A stretch of 64,000 bases of DNA from Shigella phage ESh33, in the sequence record ON528743; one strand, written 5' to 3'. This document shows positions 56,020 to 64,000 of the stretch, one piece after another. The position numbers and the translations under genes were made by a program. Under the pieces are notes generated by a model. That model was not told where the DNA came from. It saw nothing but the letters and a program-made list of their open reading frames with translations, and did not search any database. Within the stretch, counting starts at the first letter, position 1. Every line of letters begins with the position of its first letter.

Positions 56020-57029
56020 TGAAAACAGTAATGAAAAGCTATTTTGGTAGTCATCTTTATGGAACTTCTACCCCAGAATCTGATGTAGATTTTAAAGAAA
56101 TCTTTGTTCCTCCTGCTCGTGATATTCTTATCGGAAATGTTAAAGAGCATATGAGTAAAAACACTAACAACACATCATCTAAAAACACTAAAGATGATAT
56201 TGACCATGAACTATACAGTCTTAAATATTTCTTTAAATTAGCAGCAGATGGTGAAACTGTAGCATTGGATATGCTCCACACTCCGCCGGAACTAGTGGTT
56301 AAATCTGATTTGCCTGATGTATGGAAATTTATCCAAGACAATCGTTCACGGTTTTATACAACTAACATGAAATCCTATTTAGGATATGTCCGCAAGCAAG
56401 CTTCTAAATACGGTGTCAAGGGTTCTCGTTTGGCCGCATTACGTGATGTATTGAAAGTAGTTAATCAAATCCCTGACCAGTGGGTCGACTATCAAGAAGG
56501 AATCCCTGATAGACTTCGTCGTACTAAGGTAGAAGATATCAAACACAGACTCCCTGAAAACGAGTTCTGTGAATGGGTGTTCCATAATCACGAGAAAACA
56601 GGCCCGCAAACGTTCTACACTGTGTTGGGTCGTAAATATCAGACAACACTTTCTCTTATTGAGCTTAAGCAGTCACTGAACAAATTAGATGCTGAATATG
56701 GTGAACGTGCTCGTAAAGCCGAAGCTAATGAAGGTATTGATTGGAAAGCTCTGAGTCATGCTTGTCGTGGTGGACTTCAACTATTGGAAATTTACAAAAC
56801 TGGTGACTTGATTTATCCACTCCAAGATGCTCCATTTATTCTCGACGTGAAGTTGGGTAAGCATCCATTTAAAACAGTTCAAGAGTTTTTGGAAGATGTG
56901 GTCGATCAAGTAGAAGCAGCATCTACTGAAGCTTCTAAGAACGGTATGCAGCAAAAAGTAGACATGAGTTTCTGGGATGACTTCCTTGAGAAGGTCTATC
57001 TTGAAAACCACCGAAGTTATTATAAATGA
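56016..57029 (+). CDS. nucleotidyltransferase-like protein (Pol-beta superfamily signature)
   Basis: 337 aa; N-terminal GSHLYGTSTPESDVDF fits G[SG]x(9-13)Dh[DE]h; third acidic residue candidate in VALDMLH; followed by terminator 57031-57058. Confidence 0.6.
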   Translation: MMKTVMKSYFGSHLYGTSTPESDVDFKEIFVPPARDILIGNVKEHMSKNTNNTSSKNTKDDIDHELYSLKYFFKLAADGETVALDMLHTPPELVVKSDLPDVWKFIQDNRSRFYTTNMKSYLGYVRKQASKYGVKGSRLAALRDVLKVVNQIPDQWVDYQEGIPDRLRRTKVEDIKHRLPENEFCEWVFHNHEKTGPQTFYTVLGRKYQTTLSLIELKQSLNKLDAEYGERARKAEANEGIDWKALSHACRGGLQLLEIYKTGDLIYPLQDAPFILDVKLGKHPFKTVQEFLEDVVDQVEAASTEASKNGMQQKVDMSFWDDFLEKVYLENHRSYYK

Positions 57030-57030
57030 T

Positions 57031-57058
57031 AGGGAGCCTTCGGGCTCCCTTTTTTATT
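57031..57058 (+). terminator. intrinsic terminator after the nucleotidyltransferase-like gene
   Basis: GGGAGCC-TTCG-GGCTCCC then TTTTTTATTT. Confidence 0.75.
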
Positions 57059-57080
57059 TCAAAAATTTTTCACAAAACTG

Positions 57081-57109
57081 TTTACAAGCATAAAGCTTTA
57101 TGGTACTAT
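57081..57109 (+). promoter_or_regulatory. sigma70-like early promoter (cassette shared with 41648 promoter)
   Basis: TTTACA-17-TACTAT; 26-nt upstream block identical to 41630-41655. Confidence 0.6.
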
Positions 57110-57147
57110 ACAACTATCAAAACAAATGAGTAAATTGGAGATACAAA

Positions 57148-57348
57148 ATGACTACTTTGAATAAACGTTTCGGTAAAGCTAAATCTGGTTGTGCAGCTGA
57201 ACGTCGTTATGTTTTCGCTCAGTTAGAAGATGTAGAGTATCAGATTAATCAAGTTCACATTACTGGTATCGAGCCTATGTGTGGCCTTGAAGCTCTTCGT
57301 GAAGTTCGTGACGGGTATCGTCGTGACATCGAAGAAATGTCAAAATAA
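57148..57348 (+). CDS. hypothetical small protein (66 aa)
   Basis: RBS GGAGA behind early promoter 57081-57109. Confidence 0.55.
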   Translation: MTTLNKRFGKAKSGCAAERRYVFAQLEDVEYQINQVHITGIEPMCGLEALREVRDGYRRDIEEMSK

Positions 57349-57349
57349 G

Positions 57350-57387
57350 TATACAAACTGATAGGACTATGTTATAGTAGTCCTATC
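57350..57387 (+). promoter_or_regulatory. promoter for the AAA+ ATPase gene with palindrome flanking the -10
   Basis: TATACA-17-TATAGT; inverted repeat GATAGGACT/AGTCCTATC, a compensated variant of the 37715-37742 element. Confidence 0.55.
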
Positions 57388-57405
57388 AAATCAAAGGAGA
57401 ATAAA

Positions 57406-58374
57406 ATGAAAACTGTAACTATCAATAAGGGTATCTACTTTGGCAAAGAAATCTCTGGAACTTTTGAGCTCTTAGGCGAATGGTTCCCAGATAATGCTCC
57501 GGTAGATGCGCAAGGAGATGGTAAAGTTTTTGTTGAAATTGACGGTAAACGTCGCGGTGTTTGGGTTTACAAATCAGACATTTCATATGATGGTGTAAAA
57601 GTTGAAGAAGTTAAAGAATCATATGAAGATATGAAAACCCGCATTAATAAAAGATTTAATGTTATGGGAATGATGACGAATGGTATTATTAACGGAAACA
57701 TTCGTTCATTAATTATCTCTGGTGCGGCGGGTATTGGTAAAACGTATTCTTTAGATAAAGCTTTAAATAAAGCAAATGATATTGGATACATTGAATATAA
57801 AAGCATTAACGGTAAAATCTCCGGTATCGGTCTTTATGAACAGCTTTGGAATAATCGTGAAGAGAATTCTGTCCTTTTGATTGATGATGTGGATGTTTTC
57901 TCTGATATGGACATTCTTAATCTTCTGAAAGCTGCTCTGGACACTGGAGAGACCCGTAAAGTCTGCTGGAGCACCGCATCTTCTTACTTAGAAGAAAAAG
58001 GCATTGAGCGTGAGTTTGAATTTAAAGGAACGATTGTTTTTATCACAAACGTTGACATTGACCGCGAATTAGACCGTGGTACTAAACTTGCTCCACATTT
58101 ACAAGCATTAGTGTCCCGCTCAGTTTATTTGGATTTGGGTGTTCACACTAATGAAGAAATTATGGTCAGGGTTGAAGATGTTATTCTTTCAACTGACATG
58201 ATGCAAAAGCGCGGTCTTTCTGATGAAGAAACTTATAAAGCATTATCATGGATGAAAGTCAATGTTAATCGTTTACGCAATGTTTCACTGCGTACTGCTC
58301 TTTATCTTGCTGACTTTATTATGACCGACAAAAATGGTTGGGAAGAAATTGCTGAGGTTACTCTTCTGAAATAA
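57406..58374 (+). CDS. AAA+-type ATPase of unknown function
   Basis: 322 aa; Walker A GAAGIGKT, Walker B LLIDDVD, sensor-like FITN; RBS AAAGGAG behind palindrome-flanked promoter 57350-57387. Confidence 0.65.
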   Translation: MKTVTINKGIYFGKEISGTFELLGEWFPDNAPVDAQGDGKVFVEIDGKRRGVWVYKSDISYDGVKVEEVKESYEDMKTRINKRFNVMGMMTNGIINGNIRSLIISGAAGIGKTYSLDKALNKANDIGYIEYKSINGKISGIGLYEQLWNNREENSVLLIDDVDVFSDMDILNLLKAALDTGETRKVCWSTASSYLEEKGIEREFEFKGTIVFITNVDIDRELDRGTKLAPHLQALVSRSVYLDLGVHTNEEIMVRVEDVILSTDMMQKRGLSDEETYKALSWMKVNVNRLRNVSLRTALYLADFIMTDKNGWEEIAEVTLLK

Positions 58375-58472
58375 TTCATAAGAGGCCTTCTATGACAAAA
58401 AGGCAGTTCAGAAATAGATTATATGGACTGCCATCAAAAAGATGACTAGAATTAAACTGGTAAATGGAGGTA

Positions 58473-58778
58473 ATGATGTTATACTCAAAGGCTCGTGAAA
58501 TTTACGAAACTAAAATTAAAGAAGCAGTATTTCAGTTCGCAACGACAATGCGTTGGACAAATGACTGGGAATACTCCAAGAATCATAAGAAGCCCTTGGT
58601 GACAAGAAAGGCTCATATGTTAGTGTTAATAGACCGTGAGCAGATTAAAGCCCGAGAAGCCCTCCAGAATCATAAAAAGGCTGCCTTTGAATGGTTTATG
58701 GATAACACTGCTCCTGAGACTAAGAAAGCAGTGAGCGCTTGGTTCAGTGGAAAAAATTGTGAAAGAAGTTTCTTTTAG
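58473..58778 (+). CDS. hypothetical protein (101 aa)
   Basis: ATG 58473 after GGAGG; track start 58464 includes the RBS. Confidence 0.5.
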   Translation: MMLYSKAREIYETKIKEAVFQFATTMRWTNDWEYSKNHKKPLVTRKAHMLVLIDREQIKAREALQNHKKAAFEWFMDNTAPETKKAVSAWFSGKNCERSFF

Positions 58779-58781
58779 TTG

Positions 58782-58810
58782 TTTACAAGACTGTTCCTCT
58801 GTGGTATTAT
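58782..58810 (+). promoter_or_regulatory. sigma70-like early promoter
   Basis: TTTACA-17-TATTAT with TGG extension. Confidence 0.6.
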
Positions 58811-58838
58811 ACAACTATCAACTACGGAGGAACAGAAA

Positions 58839-59366
58839 ATGAATGCTAAAGATATTTTCAACTTGGTAAACTACAATGATGGTAAATTTAAATCTGAAGC
58901 TCAAAGCAAGTTCTTTAATGATGTCTCAATCGGTGGTGAAATCACGGTTGATGGAGGACAAATTTACAAATCCCGTTGGAATTGGATCGTTATTATCGAT
59001 GAGATTGGTATTGTAGAAATTTACAAAAATACGAATAAAAATCGTACATTACACTGGTCTCGTGATACTAACGAACAGTACAAAAAGGATAAAGCATCTA
59101 AATTATCTCGTGTAACTCAAGAAGATATTGAGTTCATCAAGAAAGATATTTTGATGTATGATAACTTAATTGCTGAAGAGCAAGCTGTTATTGATAAATT
59201 TGACGAGATTAAAGCTTCTCGTGAAATTCCTGATTTTATGAAAGAATCAGTAAATGAACGATACACTCTCATTTCAGAGCGTATTGAAACTTACAAAAAG
59301 CAAAGAGCTGAACGCCAGAATACTCTTCGGAAGTTTGAAGAACGGTTAAAGACGGTACTCGCATAA
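58839..59366 (+). CDS. hypothetical protein (175 aa)
   Basis: ATG 58839 with RBS GGAGG behind early promoter 58782-58810; track start 58779 lies in the promoter. Confidence 0.55.
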   Translation: MNAKDIFNLVNYNDGKFKSEAQSKFFNDVSIGGEITVDGGQIYKSRWNWIVIIDEIGIVEIYKNTNKNRTLHWSRDTNEQYKKDKASKLSRVTQEDIEFIKKDILMYDNLIAEEQAVIDKFDEIKASREIPDFMKESVNERYTLISERIETYKKQRAERQNTLRKFEERLKTVLA

Positions 59367-59421
59367 CCGCTTTATACCAAGGATGGTATAATGGTTCTAA
59401 GCCCTTTTAATTGAGATTATT

Positions 59422-59823
59422 ATGAAACAGTTGATAATTAAAAGATTGAATTTATTGATATGTTGTTTATGTATAGTAGTTGCATATGGTTATTATGCTA
59501 TTAATGATTATATGCATTATAAAGATTATGATGTTACTGTAGTTAATACCCTTACAGGAACTCAAGGAAAGGGGTCTAGTTTATCGTTTATTGCTGTATA
59601 TGAGCTGAATGATGGTTATAGATTTAGCGAATATATTTCACCAGAGATGTATTCGTCAATAGAAAAAGGTGATAATATTACTGTAAGTTTACGTCCTTTC
59701 GACGTAAAACAGACATTGTTTGATAATATCGTTTGGTTCTTTGGAATGGTATTAGTTCAATCTATATGCGGTGCTTATATAGTCTTTTCCATCATATTCT
59801 GTATATTTAGTAAAATTGAGTGA
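59422..59823 (+). CDS. small membrane protein (133 aa)
   Basis: Two hydrophobic helices (N- and C-terminal). Confidence 0.5.
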   Translation: MKQLIIKRLNLLICCLCIVVAYGYYAINDYMHYKDYDVTVVNTLTGTQGKGSSLSFIAVYELNDGYRFSEYISPEMYSSIEKGDNITVSLRPFDVKQTLFDNIVWFFGMVLVQSICGAYIVFSIIFCIFSKIE

Positions 59824-59830
59824 GGAAAAT

Positions 59831-60718
59831 ATGTCAGTAGTAATTAATAATGTTAATGCAGTAATTAAATCTTTAGTTAATAAAAAATTGAATGAATGGA
59901 CTGTACTTCGTCGTGGAGAGCCAGATAAATTTTTTCATAGATTTAACCCAACTTTGGATTTGAATGTTATTGACAGAGATGTTCATGCAGAAATTTTAGA
60001 TAAGTTTAAAGTTGATATTGGATTTGGATTAGAAAAACATTTACAGCGAACAAACGGGTCTGGAATGGGTTTATCTAATCGCATTATGAAAGCCCTTAAT
60101 AAAATTGGAGCATTGTCTCGTATTAATGCAAGTGAAATTCTTCGCAATTATAATAAAGGATATGACCTTTATGGTCGACTAATGCCAAAATTATCATTCG
60201 ATCAAATGATTGAGGATTTGTGGGAAAATCAACGACGATTATTAGCATTAGGCGCTCGATTAGCTAAAGGTCTAGATAAACAAATGATTTTTAAGACCAA
60301 TAATACAGAAGACCTTAAATGCTTTAAATTTAGTATTCGCGGCGATGATTATTACGTCAGAGCTCGCTCTACAGATTATGTTAATATGGGGCATCATCTC
60401 TGTTTAGCTTTTGAAGTTTTAAAAGAAGCTGGAACATTAGAATATTCATCTGGTGCAAAATGCCCGATTGGTTCAAGTTGTATTTTAATTTATCGCCCGG
60501 ATGAATCCAGTTCAACTAAATTGCCTACAAACCCTGTACCAGTTCGTAGTAACGAAAAACATTCTGAGCAAATTGATTATTTTAATAAGCAAATTGAAGA
60601 GCTGAATATTTCTATTCAACAGTATGACGATGAAATTTTCAGACTATCTGGATTGAGTAGTAAAGCTAAATCTGAGCGTGAAAAATTAATTAAAATTGTT
60701 GATTTACTTAAATCTTAA
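59831..60718 (+). CDS. hypothetical protein (295 aa), first of four tandem large ORFs with C-terminal coiled-coil
   Basis: ATG 59831 with RBS GAGGAAAA (track start is TTG); C-terminal amphipathic helix. Confidence 0.55.
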   Translation: MSVVINNVNAVIKSLVNKKLNEWTVLRRGEPDKFFHRFNPTLDLNVIDRDVHAEILDKFKVDIGFGLEKHLQRTNGSGMGLSNRIMKALNKIGALSRINASEILRNYNKGYDLYGRLMPKLSFDQMIEDLWENQRRLLALGARLAKGLDKQMIFKTNNTEDLKCFKFSIRGDDYYVRARSTDYVNMGHHLCLAFEVLKEAGTLEYSSGAKCPIGSSCILIYRPDESSSTKLPTNPVPVRSNEKHSEQIDYFNKQIEELNISIQQYDDEIFRLSGLSSKAKSEREKLIKIVDLLKS

Positions 60719-60726
60719 GGAACACT

Positions 60727-61731
60727 ATGAAAACTCGTTCTCAAATTGAAGATATGGTTCGTAATGCCAGCTATACCCGTAATGTTATGACATTTTTGTG
60801 CCAAAATAATTTAGACCCTGATAAAGTTAATCGTGATATTCACTTTAAGTATATGAATAGCAGTGAATGGTTACGTCATTTTAGTAAAGCGGGATATATT
60901 ACACAAATGACTGCTCGTGAGCAGCTCACCGATTTCTGTAAAACTATTGATTATAAAAATCCTCTATTTGTTCAAGGCGTTGGTCAGAGTAAGGTTGATT
61001 TATCAACAGGATTTTTTAATCCAAATCATTATCGTATTGAATGGAGATTTATTGCTCTATTTCGTAAACAATTAAAGCAAATTTTGTCTACTGCTAGTCG
61101 ATTAAAGGGCTCTGATATTAACTTAAAGAATCTGAAATTTGATGGTTATACTCTTCAGATGGAAGTAAGACCATTAAAAGAAAATAATAGAACTGCACGA
61201 ATTAGCTTTAAACCTAGTACTAAAAATTCTCTTTCAATTTGTGAATGTCTTAAATCACAGTTGACAGAAGCATTTAAGTATATGGATGTTGTTTCTGCTG
61301 TTCAGTCTAAGATTTCGCAGCATTTCGAACGATTTAAATTAGATACGACAACATATGAACTTGATATGATCGTTTCATTTAAATATGATTTTTTGAGAAA
61401 GGACGAAGTTACACAAGAGAAAAAACCTGAACCCCAAACTAATTACTCATCAAACGATCCTAAATTTTGGATGTATAGTTCAGGTAATAATGATGCATGG
61501 AAATTCAATAAAGTGAATTTTCTTCCTGTTGAAAATCCGAGTCTTAAACCTGTTGAAAAATGGCACGCGGATGCGATTGAGAAGTCTATCAAGGCAGTAG
61601 ATGATGAACTCGTTAAAGCAACTAATGAAGTGTTAGAAGCTGAAAAGATGCTAGAAAAAGCTCAAGAAAAAGTAAAAAATCTCACGAAGCAACGTTCTAA
61701 ATTGAACAACGCACTAAATGCACTAAACTAG
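60727..61731 (+). CDS. hypothetical protein (334 aa), tandem family member
   Basis: RBS AAGGAA; N-terminus MKTR...; C-terminal coiled-coil EAEKMLEKAQEKVKNL. Confidence 0.55.
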   Translation: MKTRSQIEDMVRNASYTRNVMTFLCQNNLDPDKVNRDIHFKYMNSSEWLRHFSKAGYITQMTAREQLTDFCKTIDYKNPLFVQGVGQSKVDLSTGFFNPNHYRIEWRFIALFRKQLKQILSTASRLKGSDINLKNLKFDGYTLQMEVRPLKENNRTARISFKPSTKNSLSICECLKSQLTEAFKYMDVVSAVQSKISQHFERFKLDTTTYELDMIVSFKYDFLRKDEVTQEKKPEPQTNYSSNDPKFWMYSSGNNDAWKFNKVNFLPVENPSLKPVEKWHADAIEKSIKAVDDELVKATNEVLEAEKMLEKAQEKVKNLTKQRSKLNNALNALN

Positions 61732-61760
61732 TTTACTTCGCCACAAGGATGTGGTATAAT
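61732..61760 (+). promoter_or_regulatory. sigma70-like early promoter
   Basis: TTTACT-17-TATAAT with TGG extension. Confidence 0.6.
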
Positions 61761-61788
61761 GTTCTTACTTTCTACTGAGGAGATTAAT

Positions 61789-62790
61789 ATGACTCGCAAC
61801 GAATATATTAAATCGTTCAACAGCGTTATTGATGATAAAGTTAAACCTATGTCTAGTCAGAATAGTGTGATTTCTATTATCAATCAATGGCTCAATAATA
61901 CTGATGCAAGTATTGTTTCTTCCGGCAAATTTATTCATGAAGTTCGTGAAATTTCTAGTCGTACAGATAAAGATGACATTAAGAAAACCTTTAAAGGGTC
62001 TCGTCTTCTTTCATACTTAGTCAACAGAGATATTCTTAGTAAATTTGGGAAAGAAATTAAACGAACTAAAGATGTAGTAGGATATAATTGGTTCGGTGAT
62101 GTTAATTCTTATCATCTTAATAATAAAGAATACCCTGAGAATATTTTTACTCGTCGTTGGATTAGTAATTTCAGACTTTTCAAAGGACAAATTCTAAAAT
62201 CAGCTTCTAAATTATGTTATGGCGATTATCGTCAAATTCATCCTTTGGCTTCTGATATGATTATCGTAAAAGAATATGAGCTTGATGAAAATAAAGTAGC
62301 TATTTTTGTGAATTATGGATTTTTTACACCAAACGCTAACCAAAAGAATATTAATAAATTTTTCTCAATTGCTAGCACTATAACTTATCAATTAGAGGCG
62401 GTTTTGGGCTGTATGGAAACTGTAAAAAGTATTCATACATATCCTTTCAAAAATATGTGTGGTTGGGAAGGATATAAAATTATAATTAGCCTTCGTGAAG
62501 TAAAGTGTGCGTGCTCATCGACTGATAAAGAAATTTACCAACAAAAATGTGATGAAATTGTGAATACTCCTAAAGAAGAAACTACCCTTGAAGAACTAAT
62601 GGAATGTCTTGACGATTCACCTGAACCGATAGAAATTCGTCCAGAAGTTATTGCACTAGAAAAAGCTTATAAAGAAGCTCTAGAAATTTCTAATAAAGCA
62701 CAGAAAGAATATGAGAAGGCTAAAAGGATTTGGGAAGAATCTGTTAATCGCCTGGATCGTCTTGAACAAGCTTTACAGTTAATTAAGTAA
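61789..62790 (+). CDS. hypothetical protein (333 aa), tandem family member
   Basis: ATG 61789 with RBS GAGGAG behind promoter TTTACT-17-TATAAT (61732-61760); C-terminal coiled-coil. Confidence 0.55.
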   Translation: MTRNEYIKSFNSVIDDKVKPMSSQNSVISIINQWLNNTDASIVSSGKFIHEVREISSRTDKDDIKKTFKGSRLLSYLVNRDILSKFGKEIKRTKDVVGYNWFGDVNSYHLNNKEYPENIFTRRWISNFRLFKGQILKSASKLCYGDYRQIHPLASDMIIVKEYELDENKVAIFVNYGFFTPNANQKNINKFFSIASTITYQLEAVLGCMETVKSIHTYPFKNMCGWEGYKIIISLREVKCACSSTDKEIYQQKCDEIVNTPKEETTLEELMECLDDSPEPIEIRPEVIALEKAYKEALEISNKAQKEYEKAKRIWEESVNRLDRLEQALQLIK

Positions 62791-62842
62791 TTTAAAGCCA
62801 AGGATGGCTCGGAGTATAAACCATTAACCAAGTGAGAAGAAT

Positions 62843-63772
62843 ATGAAAACTCGTAAACATTATATTGATTATTTTGACAGTCTTATTACTAAACACCGTA
62901 ATTATCAGATCGGGCACAGAACAGTAATCAATAATATTCTTCGTGATTTCCTTCAATATGTTGGTCAGGAAAATCATATCTGTAAAGATACTCAAAACGC
63001 TTATTCTCATTCGTTAGGCAATTTGCTTGAATGGTTTAAACGTTCTCGTATGTTATCTTCTACTGTAGCTCATGAGAACATTAAAAACTTTATGAAGCCG
63101 AGCTTCATTAAATCTGAGACATCTATAACCGATTTGGTTGAATTTACTATTGTTAATGATGTTAAAAAGACTCATTTGGCTGATTGGTTTTCTACCATTC
63201 CTGAAACTAATTTTGCTGATAAATTTGCTTGTCAATTCAATGACCAAGTGAATATGCTTTTTAAGCATGCTCGCAAACTATTTACCGCGGGCGATGACCG
63301 TACAAATACAGTTCATGTTAAGGACTGGGTTATTGCTGATGAAGTAACACATAAGCCAGGTGGTTCATCAGTATTAATTAATATCCAGGTTCCTTATTAT
63401 TACTCACGTAATCTTGGCACCATGACAGCTAAAGAAATTAATAAGCACAACAAAACTATTCGTTCGTTATCTTATAAACTCCGCATGATGTTAAAAATCA
63501 TGGACGTAGTAGAAATGTATGACGAAACCGAAGATAATGGTTCAATGTTATACAGTTCACGCATTTTAATTAAACTGAAGAACCCTAATACATATAAGAC
63601 AGTTGTAAAAGAGCCTAAAGTAGAAAAGATTGATAACTTGAGCGAAGAACGTGAATACCTCAAATCTCGACTAGTTGAAGTTGAAGCTCAGATTGCCGAA
63701 CACACTAAATTGTTAAAAGCTCTTAATGCAAAAGCAAATGGTTTACGTAATGCTATTGAGGTATTGAAATGA
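62843..63772 (+). CDS. hypothetical protein (309 aa), tandem family member
   Basis: RBS GAGAAGAA; N-terminus MKTRKHYIDYFDSLI resembles previous member; C-terminal coiled-coil. Confidence 0.55.
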   Translation: MKTRKHYIDYFDSLITKHRNYQIGHRTVINNILRDFLQYVGQENHICKDTQNAYSHSLGNLLEWFKRSRMLSSTVAHENIKNFMKPSFIKSETSITDLVEFTIVNDVKKTHLADWFSTIPETNFADKFACQFNDQVNMLFKHARKLFTAGDDRTNTVHVKDWVIADEVTHKPGGSSVLINIQVPYYYSRNLGTMTAKEINKHNKTIRSLSYKLRMMLKIMDVVEMYDETEDNGSMLYSSRILIKLKNPNTYKTVVKEPKVEKIDNLSEEREYLKSRLVEVEAQIAEHTKLLKALNAKANGLRNAIEVLK

Positions 63773-64000
63773 AAAAGCGTCTATTAGAAGATATTGCAGC
63801 TTCAAGTAATTCCAGTCTAATTAAAATTATTATGGCTGGTGAAGAAGACGATCTGGAAATGCGCGGAAAGATTCATGGTTGTGATGATTTAGATTTTAAA
63901 CCTCCAGCCTGGGATGCTATTATGGTTATGGTTGAACGTCGCGAAAGGGCTTCTAAAAACGTTCCTAATTGTCCTGAATGCGGTACTGAACAAGTTCAAT
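63769..64000 (+). CDS. 5' part of a hypothetical protein with a CPECG zinc-ribbon-like motif; continues past window end
   Basis: ATGA overlap with previous stop; frame open to window end. Confidence 0.45.
   Translation, partial: MKKRLLEDIAASSNSSLIKIIMAGEEDDLEMRGKIHGCDDLDFKPPAWDAIMVMVERRERASKNVPNCPECGTEQVQ

Noticed and set aside
61759-61788. ORF-track start of the third large paralog at 61759
   Set aside because: That ATG lies within the -10 hexamer of the promoter (GGTATAATG); the RBS-preceded ATG at 61789 is the plausible start

Overview
This window is a contiguous piece of a T4-like (T-even, Tevenvirinae) myovirus genome, identified by recognising protein sequences, lengths and gene order; no database search was possible. 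It is close to T4 but not identical: the lysozyme e differs at a few residues from my recollection of T4, the tRNA array has 11 genes instead of 8, and Hoc is longer. Positions 1-3400 on the plus strand carry the end of a probable inh gene, hoc, two small ORFs and RNA ligase 2 (rnlB). Positions 3425-33922 on the minus strand carry the canonical late morphogenesis block in T4 order (24, 23, 22, 21, 68, 67, 20, 19, 18, 17, 16, 15, 14, 13, wac, 12, 11, 10, 9, 8, 7, 6, 5.4, 5.1, 5, 53), with TATAAATA late promoters, hairpin terminators and one GIY-YIG homing-endonuclease insertion between 5.4 and 5.1. From 33970 to the end the plus strand carries genes 4, 2, 3, 1, 57A, 57B, ipI, an 11-tRNA array, nudE, lysozyme e, denV, ipII- and ipIII-like genes, regB, tk, rI and many small early or accessory ORFs behind sigma70-like early promoters. 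The most interesting uncharacterised content is in this accessory part: a nucleotidyltransferase-signature protein next to a membrane protein and an AAA+ ATPase, a macro-domain protein, an extra capsid-targeted internal protein with its own late promoter, several tandem paralog families, and palindrome-flanked promoter cassettes showing a compensatory substitution. All functional assignments rest on motif recognition and recalled T4 synteny; they need profile searches and experiments to confirm.
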